A model generated the notes under the pieces. The model saw nothing but the letters and a program-made list of their open reading frames with translations, was not told where the DNA came from and made no database searches. Positions 18,072-27,604 of a DNA stretch of 33,730 bases are shown here, piece by piece (positions within the stretch are counted from its first letter, which is position 1; each line of letters starts with the position of its first letter). Both the position numbers and the translations under genes were made by a program. Origin of the DNA: Bacillota bacterium (GTDB lineage: Bacteria; Bacillota; UBA994); NCBI GenBank assembly GCA_018725275.1, contig QLUC01000003.1, positions 1-33,730 of the forward strand, read 5' to 3'.

Positions 18072-19397
18072 TATAGTTTTTAACTTTAGCTCAATTTCTC
18101 GGATAATAGCCGCAAAAGTAGGGTCATTGACCATGTCGGTGGAGATTTTATCACAAGCATGAATTACGGTGGTATGGTCGCGGCCGCCAAATTCTGCGCC
18201 AATGCGCGGCAAGGAGGAGTCGGTGTTTTTACGGGCTAGGTACATGGCAATCTGGCGCGGCAAAGAAATATTGCGGGTACGTTTCTTGGCGGAGAGTTCC
18301 TCTACCTTTATACCAAAGTGGGCGGCAATAACTTTTTGGATATCACTTATTTTTATAACCCTAGTCTTCTCCTCGGGGAATAGATTGCGCAAGACTTCAT
18401 CGATGAGTTCTCTGGTGATGGGTTTTTTACTGAAAGAAACATAGGCCATGATACGAATCAGCCCGCCTTCAAGCTCCCGGATGTTGCTGTTGATGCGACC
18501 TGCCAAGTAGGAGGTCAGATCTAGGGGGATGCGGAAGTTCTCACTCTCTGCTTTCTGGCGGAGGATGGCCACCCGGGTTTCGAAATCCGGGGGCTGAATG
18601 TCCGTGATTAATCCCCATTCGAAACGGGAGCGCAACCGGTCCTCTAAGGTGGCAATCTCTTTTGGCGGACGGTCGCTCGAAAAAATTATTTGTTTACTGG
18701 CTTCATGGAGGGCGTTAAAAGTATGGAAAAATTCTTCCTGGGTCTGCTCTTTCCCTGCCAAAAATTGTATATCATCCACTAACAACAAGTCCACCGACCG
18801 GTATTTGCTGCGAAACTCAACTGTCTTGCGCTGTTGTATGGAAGAAATGAATTCGTTAGTAAATTTTTCACAAGAAATATACACTACTTTCATTCTGGGA
18901 TAGTTCTGGAGGACATAATGACCTATGGCATGCATAAGGTGGGTTTTACCAAGACCGACGCCGCCATAGATAAATAGAGGGTTGTAGGCTGTGGCCGGCG
19001 CTTCGGCCACAGCTAAAGAAGCGGCATGGGCGTAACGATTACTTTCCCCAATCACAAAATTGTCAAATGTGTAGCGGGGAGTAAGCAAAGGCATGTCCTC
19101 AGAGTTTACCCGCTCGGAGGAGAGAGATGAAGATTTTGCCGATACTTCGGAGGCTAAGATAAACTTAACCGTCATTTCTCTATTGAGTACAGATGAGAGG
19201 GATTTCTGCACCGTAGGGGTATAGTTGTTTTCCAGCCAGTTGCGGTTAAATTCGGTGGCCACGATGATGGAGAGGGTATTACCTTGCAGCTGATGGGCTT
19301 GGCAGGGATAAAGCCACGTTTCGAATTGATGCTTGCTGATTTGAGATTCGAGCAAACCAAGTGTAGTCTGCCAGATCTCGGCTGCGGTCATTGGCAT
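18069..19397 (-). CDS. dnaA: Chromosomal replication initiator DnaA
   Basis: YTFDNFV, YNPLFIYGGVGLGKTHL, DDIQFL, RLRSRFEWG, SNIRELEG and FGGRDHTTVIHA. Confidence 0.99.
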   Translation of the reverse strand: MPMTAAEIWQTTLGLLESQISKHQFETWLYPCQAHQLQGNTLSIIVATEFNRNWLENNYTPTVQKSLSSVLNREMTVKFILASEVSAKSSSLSSERVNSEDMPLLTPRYTFDNFVIGESNRYAHAASLAVAEAPATAYNPLFIYGGVGLGKTHLMHAIGHYVLQNYPRMKVVYISCEKFTNEFISSIQQRKTVEFRSKYRSVDLLLVDDIQFLAGKEQTQEEFFHTFNALHEASKQIIFSSDRPPKEIATLEDRLRSRFEWGLITDIQPPDFETRVAILRQKAESENFRIPLDLTSYLAGRINSNIRELEGGLIRIMAYVSFSKKPITRELIDEVLRNLFPEEKTRVIKISDIQKVIAAHFGIKVEELSAKKRTRNISLPRQIAMYLARKNTDSSLPRIGAEFGGRDHTTVIHACDKISTDMVNDPTFAAIIREIELKLKTI

Positions 19398-19881
19398 ATG
19401 CTAGCCTCCCCAGAAAGTGTAGACGTACCTATTCTCCGCGAAGTGCGTCGAATCCTATGTGGACAAAGTATAAGCTGGACTCTTTTTTTGCGGATAGCTC
19501 TGGATATGATATACACAATCGCTGTGGATGTCTAGTTTTTGACGTTAAGGGCTTGCTACTGCTCTATATTTCGCTCTGTGTCGAGCTGTTTCGACATCGG
19601 AATAATCCACAAAGATATCCACAGGTGTGGAGAACATTTGTACGGGTCACTAAAATGGTTCGCCAGTATTTTCGTGCACTGCTCTGATTGCAGCCATCGA
19701 CAGCGGGCGAGGGCAGTTGACAAGATGCACAAGTTATCTACAGAGTTATCAACAGGTGTGCATAAACGACACCGTTCGACATGGATAATAGCTTGGTTTT
19801 GATGATTGCGTCAGGCAGAGCGTTTTGATATAATCGCAAGGATAGTCTTGCTCTATAGGCTCTGAAGGGAGAGTGAATATA
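19398..19881. promoter_or_regulatory. oriC upstream part / dnaA-rpmH divergent promoter region with DnaA boxes and Spo0A boxes
   Basis: DnaA-box-like 9-mers at 19458 (TGTGGACAA), 19603 (TAATCCACA), 19615 (ATATCCACA), 19626 (TGTGGAGAA), 19734 (TTATCTACA), 19746 (TTATCAACA) and 19757 (TGTGCATAA). TTCGACA occurs at 19590 and 19775. Confidence 0.85.
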
Positions 19882-20016
19882 TTGAAGCGTACATTCCAGC
19901 CAAATAATCGGCAACGCAAGAAAGTGCATGGTTTTCGCGAAAGAATGAGCACCGCTAATGGGCGTAAAGTGTTAAGCCGCCGCCGTTTAAAGGGAAGAAA
20001 AGTATTGTCTGCCTAA
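19882..20016 (+). CDS. rpmH: 50S ribosomal protein L34 (not in the ORF track)
   Basis: Translated by hand from TTG: [44 protein letters not shown]; RBS AAGGGAGAG. Confidence 0.98.
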   Translation: MKRTFQPNNRQRKKVHGFRERMSTANGRKVLSRRRLKGRKVLSA

Positions 20017-20020
20017 GGAG

Positions 20021-20371
20021 ATGGGTGACCTGCGACCTTGCTACCGACTCAAGAAAAGAAAAGAGTTCTCTCATGTTTTTGCCACGGGGCGCTCTGCCGC
20101 TGGGAATCTCATGGTGGTCTACAGTCTCTCGAGGGATGGCGGTAGTGTTCGTGTCGGATTTTCTGCCGGCAAAAAGTTAGGTAATGCTGTTTTACGCAAT
20201 CGGGTCAGGCGCAGAATTAAAGAAATTGTGCGCAAGTTTCTGCCACACCTGGTGCCTGGCAGAGACTTAGTGGTCATTGTGCGAGCGGGGGCAGTGAAAG
20301 CGACGTGCTCAGAACTGGAAAAAGAATTTCAATTGATCTGCCGTCGCTTAAAATTGTGGAGTATGCCATGA
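20021..20371 (+). CDS. rnpA: Ribonuclease P protein component
   Basis: [33 protein letters not shown] (RNR motif); follows rpmH. Confidence 0.96.
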   Translation: MGDLRPCYRLKKRKEFSHVFATGRSAAGNLMVVYSLSRDGGSVRVGFSAGKKLGNAVLRNRVRRRIKEIVRKFLPHLVPGRDLVVIVRAGAVKATCSELEKEFQLICRRLKLWSMP

Positions 20372-20577
20372 AGAGGGCGGCCCTTTTGTTGATTGACCTC
20401 TACCAGCGATATATTTCGCCCCTTAAGGCTCCTAGTTGTCGCTTTCGCCCTACTTGTAGTCAGTATGCTAAAGAGGCAATTCTGCGACATGGGGCTTTTT
20501 GTGGTATTGCGTTGGCCTTTTGGCGTGTGTTGCGCTGTCACCCTTGGTCTTTAGGGGGATACGACCCTGTGAAATAA
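20368..20577 (+). CDS. yidD: Membrane protein insertion efficiency factor YidD
   Basis: [31 protein letters not shown]; ATG 20368 overlaps the rnpA stop (ATGA). Confidence 0.95.
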   Translation: MKRAALLLIDLYQRYISPLKAPSCRFRPTCSQYAKEAILRHGAFCGIALAFWRVLRCHPWSLGGYDPVK

Positions 20578-20600
20578 GCTCTGGAGGGATGATTGCTTTA

Positions 20601-21293
20601 ATGGAAATTATCAATGTCATGCTAAAGACGATGCTAGACTATTTTTTCAGCTTTACACAGAACTATGGGGTGGCAGTCGTACTGTTGTCTTTAGCGGTCA
20701 CCGTCGTTACTCTGCCTTTAAACATTAAGCAGATGCAGTTTACCCGGGCTATGCGCCGCATCCAGCCCGAACTTGACGAAATCAAGAAGAAGTACAAAGA
20801 CGATAAAGTGAAGATTAATGAGGCCACCGTGGCGCTATGGTCAAAGTACAAGGTCAATCCCGCCTCGGGCTGTTTGCCAATGCTTATTCAGATGCCCGTC
20901 CTCTGGGCGATGTTTAATGTGCTGCGCATTCCCGATATTTTTTCTAAACAGCCCTACTTCTTTGGGCTCAATATGACCATGCCAAGTCCCGAGGTCGCTA
21001 TCATGACCTTACCATGGTTTTATTGGATTCTTCCTGTGTTGACAGTGGGGACTACATTTTGGCAGTCAAAGCAGAGTATGCAGAGTACTGACCCTTCCGC
21101 CCGCACCATGTTGTACATCATGCCCTTGTTCATGGGATGGTTTACCCTGCAGTTTCCCACAGCACTCGCGCTGTACTGGGTGTCGCGCAATGTCTTTACG
21201 GTAGGACAGGAGTATATCTATGCTATGTTCGTATCCCGTGGGACGGTGGAAGTGGAGGCGGGTACCAGTGAAAAGCGTCGAAAAGAGCGCTAA
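20601..21293 (+). CDS. yidC: Membrane protein insertase YidC/SpoIIIJ (short form without lipoprotein signal)
   Basis: NYG.AVVLL, LPL.IKQ, IQPEL..IKKKYK, NPASGCLPMLIQMP and ALALYW; synteny; RBS GGAGG. Confidence 0.95.
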   Translation: MEIINVMLKTMLDYFFSFTQNYGVAVVLLSLAVTVVTLPLNIKQMQFTRAMRRIQPELDEIKKKYKDDKVKINEATVALWSKYKVNPASGCLPMLIQMPVLWAMFNVLRIPDIFSKQPYFFGLNMTMPSPEVAIMTLPWFYWILPVLTVGTTFWQSKQSMQSTDPSARTMLYIMPLFMGWFTLQFPTALALYWVSRNVFTVGQEYIYAMFVSRGTVEVEAGTSEKRRKER

Positions 21294-21888
21294 GAGTGTC
21301 GGCGATGGTGTAGAGAGTGCCTTAGCCGAGCTCGGCCTATCCCTAGAGCAAGTCGAGGTGATAGTGCTCGAGGAGCCCACCAAGGGCCTTTTTGGCCTGT
21401 GGGGTGGGAAGCCTGCGCGGGTGAGGGTGACGAAGAAAACCACAGTTTTGGAGACGGCGGTGGTTTTCTTGACCTCTTTACTGCGCCACATGGGAGCTGA
21501 TGACGCCGTTTGTGAAATCACGCGGGAAGGTGCGGATGAGGTAGAAATTGCCATCAACGCCACTAACTCAGGCCTGCTTATCGGCAGGCGAGGACAGACC
21601 TTAGACGCCATCCAGCAGCTGACGGCAGTGATCTACACTCGCTCCGGCGGCGAAAAGCGGTTGCAGATCGACGTTGGGCAGTATCGTGAGCGCCGCAAGC
21701 AATCGCTCATTGAACTCGCCAAGAGCCTGGCCGAGAGAGTGCGCCGCACCGGTCGCAAAGCGGTACTTGAGCCGATGAGCGCCTCAGAACGGCGCATAGT
21801 ACATGTGGCCCTGCAGGACGAAATTGGCGTCTTGACCTACAGTGAGGGGGACGAACCCTACCGCAAAATCATTATCGCGGTGCGCTAA
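21268..21888 (+). CDS. jag: RNA-binding protein Jag/KhpB/EloR
   Basis: Jag_N (EEPTKGLFGL), KH (GLLIGRRGQTLDAIQ) and R3H (ERRIVH) domains; GTG 21268 after GGAGG, overlapping the end of yidC. Confidence 0.95.
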   Translation: MKSVEKSAKSVGDGVESALAELGLSLEQVEVIVLEEPTKGLFGLWGGKPARVRVTKKTTVLETAVVFLTSLLRHMGADDAVCEITREGADEVEIAINATNSGLLIGRRGQTLDAIQQLTAVIYTRSGGEKRLQIDVGQYRERRKQSLIELAKSLAERVRRTGRKAVLEPMSASERRIVHVALQDEIGVLTYSEGDEPYRKIIIAVR

Positions 21889-21898
21889 AGGATCGCTT

Positions 21899-21932
21899 GC
21901 CCAGTAACTGATGGTTACTGGGTTGTTTTGTT
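21899..21932 (+). terminator. Intrinsic terminator after jag
   Basis: GCCCAGTAAC-tgatg-GTTACTGGGT stem followed by TGTTTTGTT. Confidence 0.7.
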
Positions 21933-21946
21933 AAGGAGGAGGAAAT

Positions 21947-23299
21947 GTGTACCAGGAAGTCATTGCCGCTATTTCTACAGCCCCCGGAGAGGGCGGTATT
22001 GCCATAGTGCGCCTTAGCGGGGATGGGTCTATAGAAGTAGTCAAGAAGTGTTTTCGGCGTCGCAAGGGGCGCTTCTCCCCGCGTCCATGGCGAGTCTATC
22101 TAGGTGACATTGTGGATAGCGATGGAAGGCGCATCGATGAGTGTTTGCTCACATTTTTTCGCTCTCCTAATTCTTACACCGGGGAGGACGTAGTCGAGCT
22201 TGGCATTCATGGGGGCGCGTTTGTCGCCGTCCGGGTGCTCGAGCGCTTGCTCGAGTGCGGCGCGGTGTTGGCGGCCCCCGGAGAATTTACCAAGAGAGCC
22301 TTCCTCCAAGGGCGACTTGATTTGAGCCAGGCGGAGGCCGTCATAGATGTCATTCGCGCTAATTCCGATGTGGCTTTGCAGAATGCTAATCTCCACCTGA
22401 GAGGTGCCTTGACGGCAGAAATTAGGGAGGCTGAGCGGGCACTGCTCCGCGTGCTGGCGTTAATTGAGGCGCAAATTGATTTTCCGGATATGGACACGCC
22501 TAAGGTAACGCTGTCTGAGGCTGGGGCAGAGTTAGAGGCTGCTCATGCTGTTTTGAGCAAACTACTCGCTAGTGCCAGGCGTGGCCGGGTGGTCAAAGAG
22601 GGTTACCGAGTGGTCATAGTCGGTCGCCCCAATGTGGGGAAGAGCTCGTTGTTTAACTACCTTGCCGGTCAGGAGCGAGCAATTGTGACCGATATCGCCG
22701 GCACCACCCGCGACATTTTGGAGGTCAGTCTTAATATTAATGGCCTGCTCGTCAACTTGCTCGATACTGCGGGTTTGCGTGGTGATGGTGATTTTATTGA
22801 GAACCTAGGTATGGCGCGCACGGAGCAAGCCATGCTTGAGGCTGATTTACTATTGGTGTTGCTTGATGGTTCTACGAACTTAACGACCGAAGATGAGGCC
22901 CTCTTGGCGAAGACATCAACAACGCGACGTCTCCTCGTCGTCACCAAGGTTGATTTACCACTCCAGGTAACTTTGCCACCTGCTGAAAACGCAATTCTAG
23001 TGAGCACGGTGACCGGGGGGGGCATGGTCGAGTTAAGAGAGACCTTAGCCCGCGAGGCTGGGCGCACTATCGGCGGGGAGCATAATTTGCTCCTTACTAA
23101 TATCCGGCACACGGAAAGCGTGCGGCGAAGCCGAGAGGCCACGAGGGCCGCGGTAGAGGCGGCTCGCGCGGGTTGGGAGTTAGAGTTGGTCGCGATAGAT
23201 GTGCGCCAAGCCTTAGACTATCTCGGTGAGGTCGGGGGAAGGACGGTCTCTCAGTCTCTCACCGATGAAATCTTTGCACAGTTTTGCATTGGGAAGTGA
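21947..23299 (+). CDS. mnmE: tRNA modification GTPase MnmE
   Basis: IAAISTA, SYTGEDVVE, GRPNVGKSS, GTTRD, DTAG and C-terminal FCIGK. Confidence 0.98.
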   Translation: MYQEVIAAISTAPGEGGIAIVRLSGDGSIEVVKKCFRRRKGRFSPRPWRVYLGDIVDSDGRRIDECLLTFFRSPNSYTGEDVVELGIHGGAFVAVRVLERLLECGAVLAAPGEFTKRAFLQGRLDLSQAEAVIDVIRANSDVALQNANLHLRGALTAEIREAERALLRVLALIEAQIDFPDMDTPKVTLSEAGAELEAAHAVLSKLLASARRGRVVKEGYRVVIVGRPNVGKSSLFNYLAGQERAIVTDIAGTTRDILEVSLNINGLLVNLLDTAGLRGDGDFIENLGMARTEQAMLEADLLLVLLDGSTNLTTEDEALLAKTSTTRRLLVVTKVDLPLQVTLPPAENAILVSTVTGGGMVELRETLAREAGRTIGGEHNLLLTNIRHTESVRRSREATRAAVEAARAGWELELVAIDVRQALDYLGEVGGRTVSQSLTDEIFAQFCIGK

Positions 23300-23305
23300 A
23301 AAATT

Positions 23306-25168
23306 ATGTATGTGGCAGGTAGTTACGATTGTGTGGTGGTGGGCGGCGGACACGCCGGTTGCGAGGCTGCGCATGCGGCGGCGAGAATGGGCTGTCGCGT
23401 GGTTTTGCTCACGCACAGCCTCGACGCCATCGCCTTAATGCCTTGTAACCCAGCCATAGGGGGGCCGGCTAAGGGGCACGTAGTGGCTGAGATTGACGCC
23501 TTGGGTGGCTTGATGGGGTTTGTTGCCGACCAGACTTTTTTACAGATGCGCATGCTCAATACCGGCAAGGGTCCGGCGGTCAGGGCTCTCAGGGCTCAAG
23601 CCGACAAGAAGCAGTATCAGGCCCTAATGAAAAAATTGCTAGAGAGTACCCCGGGTTTGCGCATTATCCAGGCCTTAGTGACCGAAGTTTTGTCTGACAA
23701 CGGTCAAATTAGGGGGGTACGCACCCATTATGGGGCGGAGTTTTATGCCGCGACTGTGGTCATCACGGCGGGAACTTACCTCGAGGGCCGGGTGGTCGTA
23801 GGCCAGGCAAGTTTGCAGAGTGGCCCCAACAGCCTACTCGCTTCAACGGGTTTGTCGGCCAGTCTTGGCCGTCTGGGCATAGAGATGGGCCGCTTTAAGA
23901 CCGGGACGCCACCGCGCATTCACCGCCGGAGCGTTGATTTTTCGCAAATGGAAGAACAGCCTGGGGACGATATCCCGGCGAGGTTCTCTGCGCGCAGCAC
24001 TCGTGAAAGGCGGGCGCAGCTCAGCTGTTACCTCACCTACACCACAGAGCGCACTATTGCCATAATACGGGACAATTTGCATCGTTCGCCTCTATACTCG
24101 GGGATGATTGAAGGGCGAGGGCCGCGGTACTGCCCTTCGATCGAGGACAAGGTGGTGCGCTTTGCCGACAAGGAGCGCCACCAGTTGTTTCTCGAGCCCG
24201 AGGGGTTTGACACGGACGAGATGTATGTACAGGGCTTTTCCACTTCCCTACCCGAGGATGTGCAGGTGGAATTGTTGCGCTCTGTAGTGGGCCTGGCCGA
24301 GGTCGAGATGATGCGCCCCGGTTATGCCATCGAGTACGACTTTGTTTTGCCGACCGGTCTTAGTCTGGCGCTAGAGAGCAAAAACTGCGCCGGCCTTTTC
24401 TTTGCCGGACAAATCAATGGTTCCTCAGGTTATGAGGAGGCTGCCGGGCAGGGTTTGCTCGCCGGTGCTAATGCCGCGGCCAGAGTTTTGGGCAGACCCC
24501 CCTTGGTCCTGCTCCGCTCGGAAGCCTATCTTGGGGTGTTGGTAGATGATTTGGTTATGAAGGGCGTGACTGAACCCTATCGACTGATGACTTCGCGCGC
24601 TGAGCATAGACTGCTACTACGTCTAGACAATGCCCGTAGTCGCCTTGGCGAGGTCGCCGCCCAGTATGGGCTAATTGCCGCGGAAGATTACCAAGCCATA
24701 AAAGAGGAAGACGAGGAGTTGGCACGTTTGGTTGCCGGGCTTAGCAGCAGGACGGTGCCAAATTGCGATGCGGTGAACCAGGTGTTGCAGGGTGTCGGTA
24801 GCGCCCCCCTCACGCAAGCTCAAACGGCAGCCGCCCTCTTAAGACGTCCCGAGGTGCGGTGGGAGCATCTCGCGCCATTTTTACCCGAGGCCAGCTCGAT
24901 GTCACCGTCCTTGGCGATGCGCCTGGAGGTGGAGATTAAGTACGCGGGGTATATTGCTAAGGAGAGGGAGCAAGTGGAGCGATTTCTCCGCTTGGAGAAT
25001 CGACTCATTGCGCAAAATATAAATTTTGGGAATATTAGGGGTCTTTCTAATGAGGCCAAGGAAAATCTCACCCTACGCCGACCGCATTCTGTTGGGCAAG
25101 CCATGCGCATCAGCGGGGTGTCTCCGGCCGATGTAGCGGTGCTCTTAGTATATCTTGAGGGGAGGTAG
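23306..25168 (+). CDS. mnmG: tRNA uridine-5-carboxymethylaminomethyl modification enzyme MnmG (GidA)
   Basis: GGGHAGCEAA, MPCNPAIGG, FKTGTPPR, GPRYCPSIEDK and GQINGSSGYEEAA. Confidence 0.98.
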   Translation: MYVAGSYDCVVVGGGHAGCEAAHAAARMGCRVVLLTHSLDAIALMPCNPAIGGPAKGHVVAEIDALGGLMGFVADQTFLQMRMLNTGKGPAVRALRAQADKKQYQALMKKLLESTPGLRIIQALVTEVLSDNGQIRGVRTHYGAEFYAATVVITAGTYLEGRVVVGQASLQSGPNSLLASTGLSASLGRLGIEMGRFKTGTPPRIHRRSVDFSQMEEQPGDDIPARFSARSTRERRAQLSCYLTYTTERTIAIIRDNLHRSPLYSGMIEGRGPRYCPSIEDKVVRFADKERHQLFLEPEGFDTDEMYVQGFSTSLPEDVQVELLRSVVGLAEVEMMRPGYAIEYDFVLPTGLSLALESKNCAGLFFAGQINGSSGYEEAAGQGLLAGANAAARVLGRPPLVLLRSEAYLGVLVDDLVMKGVTEPYRLMTSRAEHRLLLRLDNARSRLGEVAAQYGLIAAEDYQAIKEEDEELARLVAGLSSRTVPNCDAVNQVLQGVGSAPLTQAQTAAALLRRPEVRWEHLAPFLPEASSMSPSLAMRLEVEIKYAGYIAKEREQVERFLRLENRLIAQNINFGNIRGLSNEAKENLTLRRPHSVGQAMRISGVSPADVAVLLVYLEGR

Positions 25169-25174
25169 GCCGAG

Positions 25175-25888
25175 ATGGACTGGGGTGAATTCATCGCAGC
25201 GCTCGCGCCAATGGGGGTCACTCCCGGCGACCGACAGCGAGAACAACTGCAGCTTTACAGTGAGATGCTACGGGAATACAATGAACGCTTCAATTTGACT
25301 GCGATTGTTCTAGAGAGCGAGGTCTGGCGCAAGCATTTTTTGGATAGTCTGTCGGCCTTGCTCGTTTTGCCACACCGGGCGAGGGGGATAGATATTGGCA
25401 GTGGGGCAGGTTTTCCGGGCATACCTCTAGCCATAATCTGTGAGGAGATGCACTTCTTGTTGCTCGACAGTCTCAAAAAGCGTGTTGGCTTCTTGCAGGA
25501 AGTTATTACCAAGGTCGGTTTGGAGACAAGGGTGAGTGCTTTGCACGGGCGGGCCGAAGATGTGGCGCGGCAAAGCCTCTACCGGGAGAAGTTTGATTTT
25601 GCCATTTCGCGCGGGGTGGCTAAATTGGTAGTATTATGCGAATTGTCCCTGCCCTTCGTCCGGGAGGGAGGGTTTTTTGTGGCGATGAAGGGGCCGCGCG
25701 CACCCTTAGAAATAGAGGAAGCAAAGCATGCGGTAAGCCTGCTCGGAGGTGGGAAGATGAGTATGGTGGCCTGGTGTTTGCCTGGGGGCGAGGAGGAGCG
25801 CTTGCTGGTGGTTGTCCCAAAGATTGGCAGTACCCCGCTATCCTTCCCGCGGCAGGCCGGATTGCCGGAAAAAAAGCCACTGCTATAG
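25175..25888 (+). CDS. rsmG: 16S rRNA m7G527 methyltransferase RsmG (GidB)
   Basis: FNLTAI, KHFLDS, DIGSGAGFPG, DSLKKR and HGRAE. Confidence 0.97.
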   Translation: MDWGEFIAALAPMGVTPGDRQREQLQLYSEMLREYNERFNLTAIVLESEVWRKHFLDSLSALLVLPHRARGIDIGSGAGFPGIPLAIICEEMHFLLLDSLKKRVGFLQEVITKVGLETRVSALHGRAEDVARQSLYREKFDFAISRGVAKLVVLCELSLPFVREGGFFVAMKGPRAPLEIEEAKHAVSLLGGGKMSMVAWCLPGGEEERLLVVVPKIGSTPLSFPRQAGLPEKKPLL

Positions 25889-25898
25889 GCGATGCGGA

Positions 25899-25925
25899 GA
25901 AGGAAGGAATTTTGCGGTAGCGAAT
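25899..25925 (+). promoter_or_regulatory. Putative sigmaH promoter of noc
   Basis: GAAGGA...CGAAT, with AGGA (25901) and GAAT (25922) 17 nt apart. Confidence 0.5.
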
Positions 25926-25943
25926 TATAAGCCGTAGAGTGTA

Positions 25944-26786
25944 ATGACAAAGGAGTGGGATGCGGCGATGAGGTGGTTTGGTGGCGGTAACCTTGAGCGG
26001 GTCATAGAGCTTAAGGTGGACGACGTGAAGCCTAACCCATATCAGCCTCGCAAAACCTTTACCGAAGAGGGTTTGGCTGAACTGCGGGACTCGATACTGC
26101 AAGTCGGAATTATACAACCGGTGGTGGTGCGGAGGATTGGCCAGGGTTATGAATTGGTCGCGGGGGAGAGGCGCCTGCGGGCCGCCAAGGGGGCTGGGTT
26201 AGCCACTGTTCCTGCGGTGGTGCGGCAATACACCGATCAGGAGGTCGCCCAGGCCACTCTCATTGAGAATATTCAGCGCGAGGACTTAAATGTCTTGGAG
26301 GAGGCGCTCGCGTATGACCAGCTGCTCTCTGAGTTCCAGATCACACAGGAAGAGCTAGCCAAAAGGGTGGGCAAGAGCCAGTCCACCATCGCCAATAAGC
26401 GTCGTTTGCTCCGCTTATCCGGTGAAGTTAAGGAGATGCTCGCTTCCGGTGCGGTCAATGAGAGGCAGGCGCGCGCTCTGCTCAAAATTGAGGATGTAGC
26501 ATTACAGACAGAGGTGGCCCTGCAAGTTGTGCGGGCCGATATGACCGTCCGTCAAGTGGAAGAGGCCGTGGAGCGGTGCCTTGGTGGTGAAGGGCTTGAG
26601 GCCGCCGTCTTGGCCTCCACGGTGAAGCCTTTGCGCAAGTTCTTGGTACGTGACGTGCGTATTTTTGTCAACACGGTGCGGGACGCAGTCGACCTGATGA
26701 AGCGCAATGGCGTCGAGGCTTCTGTGGCGGAGATAGATGAGGAAGGGTATTATGAGGTGGTAGTGCGCATCGTCAAGCGCAGGTGA
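25944..26786 (+). CDS. noc: Nucleoid occlusion protein Noc (ParB-like)
   Basis: PNPYQPR, GERRLRA, ENIQREDL, GKSQSTIANK, C-terminal DVRIFVNTV; amphipathic N-terminus (MRWFGG); located between rsmG and parA. Start could be ATG 25968. Confidence 0.9.
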   Translation: MTKEWDAAMRWFGGGNLERVIELKVDDVKPNPYQPRKTFTEEGLAELRDSILQVGIIQPVVVRRIGQGYELVAGERRLRAAKGAGLATVPAVVRQYTDQEVAQATLIENIQREDLNVLEEALAYDQLLSEFQITQEELAKRVGKSQSTIANKRRLLRLSGEVKEMLASGAVNERQARALLKIEDVALQTEVALQVVRADMTVRQVEEAVERCLGGEGLEAAVLASTVKPLRKFLVRDVRIFVNTVRDAVDLMKRNGVEASVAEIDEEGYYEVVVRIVKRR

Positions 26787-26839
26787 GGCGGGCGGGCGAT
26801 GCTCTACCCCCGAAGTAGTTTATTGAGGTGAAGAAGGTA

Positions 26840-27604
26840 ATGCCAGCAAAAGTAGTAGCCATTGTCAATCAAAAAGGCGGTGTGGGGAAGACCACGACCG
26901 CCGTTAACTTAGGCGCGGGGCTTGCGGAAATTGGGCAGCGAGTGTTGTTAGTGGACATAGATCCTCAGGGTAATGCGACTTCGGGACTGGGGATTAATCG
27001 TCGGCGCATCAAAAAGTGCATCTACAATGTCCTGATTGACGGCTTGCCCATGGATGCGGTCATTTTGCCTACCGGGAATGAGGGCCTTGATCTTGCGCCC
27101 GCCACCATCCAATTGGCAGGAGCCGAGGTGGAGTTAGTCTTGGCCATGCAGCGGGAAATAAAACTGCGGGAGGCCTTGCTTCCGATCCTTACTAGTTATG
27201 ATTATATCCTCATCGACTGCCCACCCTCCCTCGGACTACTCACATTGAACTCGTTGACGGCGGCCTCCGGCGTGCTTATCCCTGTGCAATGCGAATACTA
27301 CGCCCTCGAGGGGCTCAGCCAACTGATGAGCACGGTGACCTTGGTCCAGCGCCATCTCAATCCCAACCTCGTGGTGACGGGGGCCCTACTGACCATGTAT
27401 GATTCCCGCACGAATTTAGCGGCACAGGTGGTCGAAGAGGTTAAGTCATTTTTCAAGGAGAGAGTCTTTGTGGCGATTGTGCCCCGCAATGTCCGTTTGA
27501 GCGAGGCCCCCAGCCACGGTCAACCGATCATGACCTATGACCCACGTTCCAAGGGGAGCGAGGTCTATAGGGAATTGGCGAAAGAGGTGCTGGAGCGTGC
27601 TTAA
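26840..27604 (+). CDS. parA: Chromosome partitioning ATPase ParA/Soj
   Basis: NQKGGVGKTTT, DIDPQGN, DCPPSLG and PRNVRLSEAPSHG; ATG 26840 after GAGGTG (GTG 26828 is an alternative). Confidence 0.97.
   Translation: MPAKVVAIVNQKGGVGKTTTAVNLGAGLAEIGQRVLLVDIDPQGNATSGLGINRRRIKKCIYNVLIDGLPMDAVILPTGNEGLDLAPATIQLAGAEVELVLAMQREIKLREALLPILTSYDYILIDCPPSLGLLTLNSLTAASGVLIPVQCEYYALEGLSQLMSTVTLVQRHLNPNLVVTGALLTMYDSRTNLAAQVVEEVKSFFKERVFVAIVPRNVRLSEAPSHGQPIMTYDPRSKGSEVYRELAKEVLERA

Noticed and set aside
19391-19952. Short ORFs in the dnaA-rpmH intergenic region
   Set aside because: They overlap DnaA-box arrays and promoters and lack an RBS or homology cues.
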